In this document: positions 17,988-27,162 of the stretch, one piece after another
Layout: every line of letters begins with the position of its first letter
How positions within the stretch are numbered: position 1 is the stretch's first letter
Assembly (NCBI GenBank): GCA_964434195.1
Contig: CAYSUI010000004.1
Coordinates: 4,245-68,244 of the forward strand
Direction: 5' to 3'
DNA length: 64,000 bases
DNA from: an uncultured Candidatus Saccharibacteria bacterium
Lineage (GTDB): Bacteria; Patescibacteriota; Doudnabacteria; UBA920
Notes under the pieces: generated by a model
Told to the model about the DNA's origin: nothing
Databases searched by the model: none
Seen by the model: only the letters and a program-made list of their open reading frames with translations
Position numbers and translations under genes: made by a program

Positions 17988-18362
17988 TTAAACCCCTTCT
18001 TGCCTAACCTCGTTTGTTTTCTTAAATTTAACACTAAACACCGGCTCATATGGATTTTTGTCTTCATCCTCTACACTCACGGTTTCACCAGACATTAGCT
18101 TATTAATGGCTAAATCAGCTAGCAATTCTTTATCTGCCTGCACATCCTTTTTTAAAGCCTCTAATTTTGCTAAGTCATTTCCCAATTCAGCCTTAACCTC
18201 TTCCTCTATTTGCTGCTTTCTGAGCTTAAAACCACGCAGTTTCTCTAAAACATCTCGATATTCCGAAGAGGACTCGAGTGAATCCTTGTACATATTAGTT
18301 ATTTGTTTCTGTTCACGCTTAGTTGCGCGCATTCTTTGGAAAACGTCTTGTAAATTTTGCAT
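17988..18362 (-). CDS. hypothetical coiled-coil protein
   Basis: 124 aa, charged and helical. No family recognised. Confidence 0.35.
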   Translation of the reverse strand: MQNLQDVFQRMRATKREQKQITNMYKDSLESSSEYRDVLEKLRGFKLRKQQIEEEVKAELGNDLAKLEALKKDVQADKELLADLAINKLMSGETVSVEDEDKNPYEPVFSVKFKKTNEVRQEGV

Positions 18363-18498
18363 CTAAATATGATTTGTTTTTACTCTTAATACTGAGTGTT
18401 AATACAAAGAAAATTATAGCACATACTTGACTCATCCATAATAAAAAAGGCATAATCTATAATCTTACGCGGTAAAAACCAAACACGAGGAACCCCCG

Positions 18499-18900
18499 AT
18501 GAAATCAAAATGGTTTATTGTAACGTGCTTACTTTTATGCGCTCTTACCCCACAAATTAGCGCACGCCCCAAATTAACCGCTAGACAAAAAATTCAAAAA
18601 CTAGAGAAAAAACTCACTCACGCGTACAACGAAATCAGATATCTAGAAAACAGAATCGATCAGATAGTCTTAAAGGAAACCGAACTTGAAACCCAGTTAA
18701 TGGGTATAAAAAGCAATAAAGATTCTTTTAAGAAAAAACATACGCTAAATGACCTGGAAGAATCCGTATACTCCTTAGGGGTTCAGACTAGAAGGTTAAT
18801 AGTCTTGGGGATTCTACTTTATCTCACATGCGGGCTTACATTCTTCTATGCTTGGCGTAAATCTATTTTAAACAACTCAAAAAAACAACAAGTACATTGA
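18499..18900 (+). CDS. hypothetical protein with N-terminal signal/TM and C-terminal TM, coiled-coil
   Basis: RBS GAGGAA. Signal-like N-terminus. A terminator follows. Confidence 0.4.
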   Translation: MKSKWFIVTCLLLCALTPQISARPKLTARQKIQKLEKKLTHAYNEIRYLENRIDQIVLKETELETQLMGIKSNKDSFKKKHTLNDLEESVYSLGVQTRRLIVLGILLYLTCGLTFFYAWRKSILNNSKKQQVH

Positions 18901-18915
18901 CTACTTGTTTTTTTA
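18886..18915. terminator. bidirectional intrinsic terminator (18499 gene / map)
   Basis: CAAGUA-cauugac-UACUUG followed by U7. Confidence 0.55.
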
Positions 18916-18926
18916 TTTTCTATATC

Positions 18927-19694
18927 TTAAGTAAGAATTCTAGGCCCACTTTTTGTTATAGCAATTGTGTGTTCAAAATGTGCGGCCCTACCACCATCAT
19001 CTGTCCTAATTGTCCATCCATCTCTATCTACGTAAATCCTCGGACTCTTTTCGCACACCATTGGCTCAATGGCTAAAACCATACCATCTAATAGCTCAGG
19101 TCCTGTCCCTGGACGACCGTAACAAGGCACAGCAGGATCTTCATGCACCTGATAACCTACCCCATGACCAACCAGCTCTCTTACCACACTGAACCCTGAA
19201 TCTTTTGCGGTTTCAAATATGACAGCCGATATATCGCCTATTCTATTTCCCACCCTAGCCTGATCGATTGCCTTACCAAGAGCTTCTTGTGTAGTTAAAA
19301 CCAACTCTCTCACACGATCTTTCACCTTCCCAACCATAACGGTAATCGCTGTATCTGTATATAGACCTTTATATTCCATTCCGATATCCAAACCCAATAT
19401 ATCGCCTTCCTTCAAAATCACTTTTTCAGAAGGGATTCCATGCACCACAACATCGTTTAAAGAAGTACATAGCGCTGCTGGAAATGGATTATTTCGTGGT
19501 CCATAGCCCAAAAAACTCGGCCTACCTCCACAGGCTTCTATTTCTTTCCAAGCAATCTTATTCAACTCGTAAGTAGAAACTCCAGGAACAGATTTCTCAG
19601 AAAGCATGTTTAAAATACTCCTCATTATTTTACCTCCCTCACCTATAATATTTATCTCTTCTGGAGTTTTAATAAACCCTTGTTTGCCTGGCAT
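18927..19694 (-). CDS. map: type I methionine aminopeptidase
   Basis: Conserved metal ligands and motifs (VVVHGIP, LGLDIGMEY, HFEHTIAIT). Confidence 0.85.
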   Translation of the reverse strand: MPGKQGFIKTPEEINIIGEGGKIMRSILNMLSEKSVPGVSTYELNKIAWKEIEACGGRPSFLGYGPRNNPFPAALCTSLNDVVVHGIPSEKVILKEGDILGLDIGMEYKGLYTDTAITVMVGKVKDRVRELVLTTQEALGKAIDQARVGNRIGDISAVIFETAKDSGFSVVRELVGHGVGYQVHEDPAVPCYGRPGTGPELLDGMVLAIEPMVCEKSPRIYVDRDGWTIRTDDGGRAAHFEHTIAITKSGPRILT

Positions 19695-19714
19695 ACAAAA
19701 TAATACCTCTAAGG

Positions 19715-20350
19715 TTATTTAGAGGTATTTTTAACTTTTTCTAAATATTTATCAATAGTCAAAAAAATTCGTTGTTTTACTTCAGTCTTATTACCTAAAC
19801 CACTTACCTTTTTAAATTGGTACTGTTGTTTAAAAAAATCGATAACCTGAGAGACATTCGTCCGATAATAAGCTACTCTATTTTTTAACGCCTCGACAGA
19901 ATCATCTGCCCTTTTCCCAAATTTACCTTCAAAATACCCAACTCTTTTATGCATCCGAGTTATGGTTTCTTTGGTAGGAATACTCAAATAAATTACTATG
20001 GGATTACTTCTTCCCTGCTCTTTGAGTAATTTACTTACAAGCTTAGCTTCACCGAGCATTTTAGGATGACCATCAAACAATATCCCCTTTTCCTTTGGAC
20101 ACTCACTAATTTTATCTCTCAATATTTGTCTTACAATTTGCGTAGGAGACAAATTACCCTTATCAGTGTTCTGTTTTAAAACTTCATCTACCTGCTTATC
20201 TTTTGACCTCAGAACAGTCAATTCTTTACCCATGTCAAAATCATACAGGTCATACTTTCTAGTTAAAAAACTAGCCTGAGTAGCTTTCCCAGCAGCTGGG
20301 TCCCCTATCAGTATTATGTTAATTGGATTCTTTGTCTTCTCTTCCTTCAA
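19715..20350 (-). CDS. adenylate kinase-family nucleoside monophosphate kinase (second paralog)
   Basis: P-loop IILIGDPAAGKATQA at the N-terminus. NMP-kinase fold lacking the LID zinc motif. It overlaps the upstream adk by 32 nt. Confidence 0.6.
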   Translation of the reverse strand: MKEEKTKNPINIILIGDPAAGKATQASFLTRKYDLYDFDMGKELTVLRSKDKQVDEVLKQNTDKGNLSPTQIVRQILRDKISECPKEKGILFDGHPKMLGEAKLVSKLLKEQGRSNPIVIYLSIPTKETITRMHKRVGYFEGKFGKRADDSVEALKNRVAYYRTNVSQVIDFFKQQYQFKKVSGLGNKTEVKQRIFLTIDKYLEKVKNTSK

Positions 20351-20912
20351 GTGCGTAATTTATTTGTTCAGTAACCATTTCGATTTCAGGTGAACCGTCA
20401 ATCGTAATAAAAGTAGTTTTCTCTCTTAAAAAATCCAAAACCGGAACTGTTTGTTTCTCATACATGGACAATCTCATCTCTATACTCTCTTTATTATCAT
20501 CCACACGACCTTCTTTTTCTGCCCTAAGTAACAACCTTTTAATCGATTCTTCCTTAGGTAAATCTATAAAAATGGTCACCATTTTCTGCTTATTGTTTTT
20601 CTCCAAAAACGACAACAAATGCACAGCCTGTCCCAACTGCCTAGGCACACCATCAAATACCAAACCCTTCTCACTCATTAAACCTGGAAGCTTCTCATCC
20701 AATATTTCTAAGATCACCTGGTCAGGAACCAAAATACCTGCATCTAACAGCACTTTTATCTTTTTACCCAATACAGAATTTTCTTTCCCAATTTCTCTTA
20801 AAATTCCACCCATCTCCCAAAAATAAAAACCAAGCTTGGTGGCTAGCAGCCGAGCTTGCGTCCCCTTCCCACTCCCTTGAGGTCCTATAAAAAAAATCAC
20901 ATCAAACTTCAT
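20319..20912 (-). CDS. adk: adenylate kinase
   Basis: The start at MKFDVIFFIGPQGSGKGTQA (20912) is preceded by RBS GGGGAG. The track's 13-codon 5' extension is rejected. Typical Adk motifs. Confidence 0.8.
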   Translation of the reverse strand: MKFDVIFFIGPQGSGKGTQARLLATKLGFYFWEMGGILREIGKENSVLGKKIKVLLDAGILVPDQVILEILDEKLPGLMSEKGLVFDGVPRQLGQAVHLLSFLEKNNKQKMVTIFIDLPKEESIKRLLLRAEKEGRVDDNKESIEMRLSMYEKQTVPVLDFLREKTTFITIDGSPEIEMVTEQINYALEGREDKESN

Positions 20913-20973
20913 CTCCCCGATAATAAGCCATCCCCCCATTTTTTGCAACACTTATCTCTCCTGAAAAAAGTAC

Positions 20974-21110
20974 GCATTGCAGATTTTGGTTCAGATTGCA
21001 CGATCTTTTTCGATTTTTTTACGCAAGCGTCCGTGACGGGACGATGGAGTAAAAAAATCCAAAAAATCGTGCGAGCTGGAGCAAAATATGCGATGCCATA
21101 GCCACAAAAC
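20974..21110. repeat. dispersed intergenic repeat, copy B
   Basis: GCATTGCAGATTTTGGTTCAGATTGCAC...TTCGATTTTTTTACGCAAGCGTCCGTGACGGGACG...AAAAAATCGTGCGAGCTGGAGCAAAATATGCGATGCCATAGCCACAAAACA. Aligns with copy A along its whole length. Confidence 0.7.
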
Positions 21111-21151
21111 ACAAAACCAAAGGAAAAGGCTGCATGTGGGGTTCATGCAGC
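21108..21151 (-). terminator. intrinsic terminator of the GC-rich gene 21204..22625; its U-tract is supplied by the end of repeat copy B
   Basis: GGCUGCAUG-aaccccac-CAUGCAGCC (perfect 9-bp stem) followed on the minus strand by UUUUCCUUUGGUUUUG. Confidence 0.55.
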
Positions 21152-21203
21152 CAAAGTGTTGTGTGTGTACTTATGTTGAGCACAATTTTTTTCTTATTGT
21201 CGA

Positions 21204-22625
21204 TTATGAGATCAGGTCACGACCCCCTTCAGCCGTGCCCAGATCGCGAAAGAAATAACCAAGGATTGGACTCCTCGCGCAGTATTCCCTCACACTGGCC
21301 CAAATCCTGCTTGTTGCTGGCTCATCTCTGGTAATCCGGTAAGCATCCTCAGTTTTCAGGTACGCCTTTCTGTCACGCACCCACGAACGCCATAGAGCTA
21401 AATCGTTCTGGACTTGTGGATCACTCTCACGAGTAGCGGTATGATATGCGATCGCAGCTTCCAGGAAGTCTGCTTCGGTGTAGTCAAGATAGGCATCGTT
21501 TACTGCAAACCAGGCCCTAGGATAAGGATCGACATCGCTTGCTTCCCGCATAACATATTCACCCGCCGTATGATCACTCACAATTCCATTCTCCTTAAGG
21601 TAATCATGAATTCGATCATTAATCTTCAAAGGATTTGTATCAGGGGTTAGCCCATCTGAGGTTTGGGCCTCAGGTTTCTCGATTCTGTCTTTGGACTTGA
21701 TCTCGTCCGAAATGAACTTGTAGAAGCAACTTTTGGGGTTGCTCAGGAATTCAGGATTAGTTTCGACCCGGTTCTTGCGGGCAATCAGGAGCATCATCTC
21801 ACGAGCCATTTTAGCAAACACGAGATTTGCAGTCTTTAAAGTCTCGAAGTCGCTTTCAAGCGAGCCACTCGCAACCAGAGTCTGGTTGCCGTCAAAGGAT
21901 TCTTTCCAGGCGCGAAATGTAACGCGCACCGGTGTAAACTGCACAGGCATCTTCTTCTCGGGTGCAAAGCCGGTAGCCTTGCGGAACTCGCTCATAACTT
22001 TCTTAGCAGTAGGCAGGTCCTTTTTACGACCGAAACGCTTGGGCTTCTCAGGGAAACCAAGGTACAACAGAAGGTCGTAGGGACGCATCATCGCCAATTC
22101 CTCGTCCGCCTCACCTACACTGAAAACCTCAGGGTATTCGGTTTCCAACCAAGAAATATATTCAGGATTGGACTGCGATCTGGTAAGCGAGAACTCGATA
22201 CCTGTTTCCAGGTCGAACTCCACGAAAGTCGTTTCCGTACTCGGCGCATAAGGCGTCTTATACTGACGACCACTCGGTGTAATACCGGGTTTCGAATTCG
22301 GTGAATAAACTTTCCCGCGCTTACTTTGCGCGACATTCACCAAATGGTTCGCGAGCATCTTATTGTTCCGAAACCCTTCGTCGTAAATGAAGTAAAACGA
22401 ATCATGCTCCAAATCGAACTCTTTCTGTGTCCGGTTAGCCGAATTAATAAGCGCTGGCCCGAATTTTCGGACCAAAGAATAACTGGCGACAGACAGACCA
22501 CCAATAACTACCGAAGCAGGTAAAGCTACCTGCGGCCAAGGCAAACTCTTGAAAGTTTCCCAAGCATCAACGACCTGTTTCGTAGCAGTGGGATCAGCCA
22601 GAAGAAATAATTCTTTGCTCAACAT
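21204..22625 (-). CDS. hypothetical protein with N-terminal TM helix, compositionally atypical (GC-rich) orphan
   Basis: 473-aa ORF in a ~1.4-kb segment of clearly higher G+C. Many overlapping spurious ORFs on other frames. Flanked by repeat copy B and a hairpin-containing spacer. No family recognised. Confidence 0.5.
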   Translation of the reverse strand: MLSKELFLLADPTATKQVVDAWETFKSLPWPQVALPASVVIGGLSVASYSLVRKFGPALINSANRTQKEFDLEHDSFYFIYDEGFRNNKMLANHLVNVAQSKRGKVYSPNSKPGITPSGRQYKTPYAPSTETTFVEFDLETGIEFSLTRSQSNPEYISWLETEYPEVFSVGEADEELAMMRPYDLLLYLGFPEKPKRFGRKKDLPTAKKVMSEFRKATGFAPEKKMPVQFTPVRVTFRAWKESFDGNQTLVASGSLESDFETLKTANLVFAKMAREMMLLIARKNRVETNPEFLSNPKSCFYKFISDEIKSKDRIEKPEAQTSDGLTPDTNPLKINDRIHDYLKENGIVSDHTAGEYVMREASDVDPYPRAWFAVNDAYLDYTEADFLEAAIAYHTATRESDPQVQNDLALWRSWVRDRKAYLKTEDAYRITRDEPATSRIWASVREYCARSPILGYFFRDLGTAEGGRDLIS

Positions 22626-22892
22626 ATCGATACCTCCGTAAATCTCAATCTTTGTTTTTGATGACTACTTTTTTGCTAGAAAAACTCTTTAGCGTCCTAT
22701 AAAGCCTTCTAACACGTTCACGCAAGCTTATCCGTGAACGTTTTAAATCATTGAAATCTTGAAGTTAAACCACAAAAATTGCCTTTTGGCACCTTTCTGT
22801 TACTGGCTAAACCTAATAAAGACTTCCGCTGACTATACCTAGTATAGAAAGGATTGTCAAATAATTTCTCAAGAACAAATATTCGATTCTTA

Positions 22893-22921
22893 TTGACAGA
22901 AACCCAAATTTTCCGTATTAT
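22893..22921 (+). promoter_or_regulatory. near-consensus sigma70 promoter for gene 22955 (TTGACA-17-TATTAT), followed by RBS GGAGG
   Basis: TTGACA at 22893-22898, a 17-nt spacer, and TATTAT at 22916-22921. GAGGAGG lies 6 nt before the ATG. Confidence 0.55.
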
Positions 22922-22954
22922 CACGAATTCAATTTAACACCTGAGGAGGTAATA

Positions 22955-23743
22955 ATGATGTTCTCAAAACTACGACTTTTTTTCCTAATTCTGATACTGG
23001 CAACCACACTTCAAATTGCAATTACTTCACCCAGTATTATCACAAACCAAGTCGATTTATTTTTCAAGCTCTATCAAGCAGAGAAGGAAAAGTCTCTCAT
23101 TGCTGAATTAAGAAAAAAAGAGAAAGAAAGAGCAGAACAGGAAAGAATCCCAACAGACCAGACAAAACCCATTCTACTACCCTCACCATCGCCTACCCCC
23201 ATAACAGCAACCTTATCCATAAACTTCCCCATTACTTCTGGTAGCTTGGAAAATACCTTCGTCGGTAACCTAATCTCTCGTATTCCATCTGATAAAATCA
23301 GCCACTGCGAAGGGATTACCAATTTCACCCTAAATGGATCACAATACGAAGCCTTCCCTTCTGACGAGAACACAATTCTCAGAAGAAAGCGATTCGAACA
23401 CAATCCTGAATACGAAACTTTAATAATATCTGGTGAAGGGAAAATTCTGAAACGTATTAAGTTTGAGACTAACCCTGAAACTCCTATTAGCGTCACCATA
23501 TTCAGTCCAAGAAAAAAAGGTGAGCCACCTCAAGTGAATACATCTTTTAACTCTCAATTCTCCTATGTAGGATTTAGGGTAAAAATTTCTGAACCACGGA
23601 AAATCTTCCTAAACTACTCTGGTATTGAAATTACAAGTTTCCTATTGGATGATATCGAAAGCTGGCTTTTGGAAAAATCCAATCCTAACAAATGGGAAAC
23701 AAGCCTAAATCCAACTATCAAAGATTATAAAAAACGCAGATAA
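22955..23743 (+). CDS. secreted hypothetical protein (signal peptide, Pro/Thr-rich linker)
   Basis: Strong promoter and RBS. N-terminal signal MMFSKLRLFFLILILATTLQIAITSP. A terminator follows. Confidence 0.55.
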   Translation: MMFSKLRLFFLILILATTLQIAITSPSIITNQVDLFFKLYQAEKEKSLIAELRKKEKERAEQERIPTDQTKPILLPSPSPTPITATLSINFPITSGSLENTFVGNLISRIPSDKISHCEGITNFTLNGSQYEAFPSDENTILRRKRFEHNPEYETLIISGEGKILKRIKFETNPETPISVTIFSPRKKGEPPQVNTSFNSQFSYVGFRVKISEPRKIFLNYSGIEITSFLLDDIESWLLEKSNPNKWETSLNPTIKDYKKRR

Positions 23744-23764
23744 AAAATCTGCGATATTTTTTTG
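23735..23764 (+). terminator. intrinsic terminator of gene 22955
   Basis: GCAGAU-aaaaa-AUCUGC followed by U7. Confidence 0.55.
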
Positions 23765-23790
23765 AAAAAAAATTAACCCTATCCAGGGTT
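23763..23790 (-). terminator. intrinsic terminator of gene 23779..24462
   Basis: Minus strand AACCCU-ggau-AGGGUU followed by U8. Confidence 0.5.
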
Positions 23791-24462
23791 TTCTGCAGCA
23801 AGTTCTATCTCATTCCCATGAACCGACGTTGGTTCCACGACTTGAGAAGCAACTGTTATATTATCCTGCGGGAAAGCCATACCTTCATCGACTAGCATAG
23901 ACCAGGAAACTATCGGGATCCCATCCGACGTCTCTAAACCTGAAAAATTTGGCTCAGAATAAAATGCTAGCTGGACATTTTCTACTTGTACCTGACTCAG
24001 CTTATCAGCGTATACATAAGCATAAACCTGAGAAAATGCTAGCTTCAAATCTCTAATCAACCAAATCAACAAATTTATCAATGGTCTAAATATTGGGGCC
24101 AAAGTTTCTAAATACAACTCATTAATTGACTGTGCCAACGAAATTTTTTCATGAATGAATTCTTGTTGTGGACTTTTCAATTTCTCAAGAACTGTAATCA
24201 TCTGCTCTTCCGTGTATTGATGATCACAAATTCCACAATATAAAGAATAATATAGAATTTCACCTTTCTTATTCACGATCCGAGTAATTATCACTTGAAG
24301 ATTTGGCCACAAATACTGACTCTTATGACCATAGGGACATTCAGGTTTTGACCTAGATTTCCAGTACCTTACTTTACAAGCAGAACATGCCCCATTAAGC
24401 TCATTTAAATGTATATTTACACCGCATTTACAAACTGCTTTTTCTTCCATTTTTTCCTCCAT
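23779..24462 (-). CDS. hypothetical Cys-rich protein (possible zinc-binding N-terminus)
   Basis: CKCG...CSACK...CPYGH...CGICDH pattern. No family recognised. Confidence 0.4.
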   Translation of the reverse strand: MEEKMEEKAVCKCGVNIHLNELNGACSACKVRYWKSRSKPECPYGHKSQYLWPNLQVIITRIVNKKGEILYYSLYCGICDHQYTEEQMITVLEKLKSPQQEFIHEKISLAQSINELYLETLAPIFRPLINLLIWLIRDLKLAFSQVYAYVYADKLSQVQVENVQLAFYSEPNFSGLETSDGIPIVSWSMLVDEGMAFPQDNITVASQVVEPTSVHGNEIELAAENPG

Positions 24463-24562
24463 AAAATTTCCGGTCTCAAATCTCTTAAATATAGCGTTTT
24501 ATGATATAATGGTCTAGTCTGAAAAATACAAGTACCTAGAGAAACAAAAAACCAAAATTCAC

Positions 24563-26248
24563 GTGCATTCTATTTTTTTTGAAATTACACTAGCGTTAAT
24601 TTTAGCCGGAGCAATCGCGGTAATTGTTAGTTTTTTTAAACAACCCAGCATTCTCGCATATATACTTACCGGTCTAATACTTGGCCCACTTGGTCTCTCC
24701 AAACTTTCTGAAGGAGACTCTCTTAAAGGCTTATCTGAAATAGGTGTGACACTTTTACTATTTATGGTGGGCTTAGAGCTAGACGTAACAGAACTAAAAA
24801 AAATCGGAAAAACAGCAAGTATCGCAGGAGTGCTACAAATCCTAGTCACGACTTTACTCGGGTTTACCATAGCCAAATTCCTAGGATTTGATTCACTTAA
24901 GAGCATCTACTTAGGTCTTGCTCTCACTTTCTCTTCCACAATAATTGTAGTTAAACTGCTTTCAGAGAAAAAAGACCTACAGTCTCTTTATGGAAAATTA
25001 GCTGTAGGCATATTTGTTATACAAGATATCGTAGCAATCTTTATTCTCGTATTCCTACAAGGATTAAACAGCACCGCAGGCAACTTACCTCTAAACTTTC
25101 TTTACACACTAATAAAGTTAATTTGCTTACTTTTAATAATTTACCTCCATAGTAAATTTATTTTTCCATTAGTCCTAAAAACTGTAAGCAAATCACAGGA
25201 ACTTCTTCTAGTTTTTTCTCTTGCCTGGGCTCTCGGCTTTGCTGCCTTAACGGCGTTACCATTAGTGGGTTTCAACCTAGCAATTGGAGGATTTCTGGCT
25301 GGGGTAGCTCTCGCAAACACAGCAGTTCACTATGAGATAAGCGCTAAGATAACCCCACTCAGAGATTTCTTTATAATGTTGTTCTTTATAGTACTTGGTT
25401 CCCAATTAATATTCAGTGGTTGGCAAAATGTCGTTATACCTAGTATTACTTTTTCAACTTTCGTTCTTATTGGTAACCCTATAATCGTACTAGTAATACT
25501 GGCTTTGCTAGGTTTTAAACCCAGAACTGCATTTTTCACCGGATTCACTGTCGGCCAAATTTCCGAATTTAGTTTAATCCTTGCCACTTTAGGACTTAGC
25601 CTTAACCACATAACCCAAAATGAGTTAAGCATAATTACCTTCACCGGAATTGCCACTATCGCTATTTCTTCTTATCTAATCCTTCACACTCGTCAAATCT
25701 ACGAAAAAACGAAACACCTAATTTCATGGCTGGATTTTAAAAAAGGTTCTGCGGAAAAAAACCTAAAAAGATCAGTCTTAAAAAATCACTTTATACTAAT
25801 CGGCGCCCACCGTCTTGGTAGTAGAGTCATAGAATCGCTCTCTCATTTAAAAACAGAATTTGTAGTTATAGATTTCAATCCAGACATAATAGAAAAACTA
25901 GAAGCCAAAGGATTTAACGCCATATGCGGCGACATAACCGATCCTTATATTCAAGACCTTGCTAATATTAAAAAGGCTAAATTAATTATCTCCACCTTAC
26001 CGAATATGTTCGACACACTTTCCCTAATTGAAGCAATTGAAGCAACAAATTCTAAAGCTAAATTCATAGTCACAGCTAGAGACGAAGCAGAAGCCTTAAA
26101 ACTATACGAACACCAAGCAGACTACGTCTTACTCCCCCACTTTATTGGCGCAGACCACTTAAAACAAATTCTAGAAAATAAAAACACCAATACAAACCTA
26201 AAACACCTGAAAGTAAGACACGTAAAACAACTAGCGCACGTAAGTTAG
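24563..26248 (+). CDS. cation:proton antiporter (CPA2/Kef-type) with C-terminal RCK/TrkA-N domain
   Basis: 12-13 TM helices (LILGPLGLS, EIGVTLLLFMVGLELD) and a C-terminal Rossmann domain (FILIGAHRLGSRV). Confidence 0.75.
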   Translation: MHSIFFEITLALILAGAIAVIVSFFKQPSILAYILTGLILGPLGLSKLSEGDSLKGLSEIGVTLLLFMVGLELDVTELKKIGKTASIAGVLQILVTTLLGFTIAKFLGFDSLKSIYLGLALTFSSTIIVVKLLSEKKDLQSLYGKLAVGIFVIQDIVAIFILVFLQGLNSTAGNLPLNFLYTLIKLICLLLIIYLHSKFIFPLVLKTVSKSQELLLVFSLAWALGFAALTALPLVGFNLAIGGFLAGVALANTAVHYEISAKITPLRDFFIMLFFIVLGSQLIFSGWQNVVIPSITFSTFVLIGNPIIVLVILALLGFKPRTAFFTGFTVGQISEFSLILATLGLSLNHITQNELSIITFTGIATIAISSYLILHTRQIYEKTKHLISWLDFKKGSAEKNLKRSVLKNHFILIGAHRLGSRVIESLSHLKTEFVVIDFNPDIIEKLEAKGFNAICGDITDPYIQDLANIKKAKLIISTLPNMFDTLSLIEAIEATNSKAKFIVTARDEAEALKLYEHQADYVLLPHFIGADHLKQILENKNTNTNLKHLKVRHVKQLAHVS

Positions 26249-26269
26249 TATGGGAAGACAAAAAAACAC

Positions 26270-26306
26270 CTGTTATACTACACAGGTGTTTTTTATAACT
26301 GTTATG
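26270..26306 (+). terminator. intrinsic terminator of the antiporter gene
   Basis: ACACCUGU-uauacuac-ACAGGUGU followed by U6. Confidence 0.6.
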
Positions 26307-26364
26307 TGTATGATATAATCATACTAAGTAATATATTCTTATCTCGATATTAATCGAACATCGT

Positions 26365-27162
26365 ATGAACTATTTAAAATCTTTACCCAAAAGCTCCAAA
26401 CATAAAAAAAAGAAAGTTAGTCTTACCACTTCACGCGTAGAAATTGAAGACCCAACGGAAAGCGCAGAAGACCCACGTGACCCTTGGAGAATTTTTAGAA
26501 TTATGACGGAATTCGTAATGGGCTTCGATTTTCTTAAACAATTTACCAAAGCCGCTACTATATTCGGATCAGCCAGATTCGACGAAAATCACCCCTCCTA
26601 CAAAGAAACCCAAAAACTTGCTTCCATGCTTAGCAATGAAGGTTTTGCCATCATGACAGGGGGAGGCCCTGGTATTATGGAAGCCGCAAATCGAGGTGCA
26701 AACGATGCCGGTGGTCACTCTGTTGGTATCTCCATAAAAATCCCAACCGAACAAGGCACAAACCAATACGCAAACAAGTCCACTGAATACAAATACTTTT
26801 TTACCAGAAAAGTAATGCTTGTCTACGCCTCACAAATGTACGTGTTTTTCCCAGGTGGATTTGGTACTCTAGATGAACTTTTCGAACTTGTAACCCTTGT
26901 TAAAACTCATAAAATCCAACCAGTCCCAATTATTTTAGTAGATAAAAAATTCTGGACTCCCCTCCTAGCTTGGATAGATGAAACCCTAGTAAAGCAGTAT
27001 AATACTGTTACCGAAGCCGAAACTGAGTACTACATATTAGTAGATACCCCTGAAGAGGCAATGGGTAAAATTAAAGAACTGCTAAACCACGATGATAAAA
27101 CTATTCAACACCCTGGGAAGGAAACTAGAACAGCTAAGTCCAATTCAAAAAAACGAAGTTAG
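26365..27162 (+). CDS. LOG-family (TIGR00730) Rossmann-fold nucleotide-binding protein
   Basis: GSARFDENHP...IMTGGGPGIMEAANRGA...PGGFGTLDELFE motifs. The 3' end overlaps cysS by 71 nt in another frame. Confidence 0.65.
   Translation: MNYLKSLPKSSKHKKKKVSLTTSRVEIEDPTESAEDPRDPWRIFRIMTEFVMGFDFLKQFTKAATIFGSARFDENHPSYKETQKLASMLSNEGFAIMTGGGPGIMEAANRGANDAGGHSVGISIKIPTEQGTNQYANKSTEYKYFFTRKVMLVYASQMYVFFPGGFGTLDELFELVTLVKTHKIQPVPIILVDKKFWTPLLAWIDETLVKQYNTVTEAETEYYILVDTPEEAMGKIKELLNHDDKTIQHPGKETRTAKSNSKKRS

Noticed and set aside
22626-22954. Additional gene in the 330-nt spacer upstream of the GC-rich gene 21204
   Set aside because: There is no ORF of significant length. The spacer contains a 9-bp hairpin and the promoter for gene 22955 only.
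24559-24906. 115-aa minus-strand ORF overlapping the antiporter 5' end
   Set aside because: It is antisense to a well-supported 561-aa transporter gene. Its Ser/Pro-rich, low-complexity product is a typical shadow ORF.
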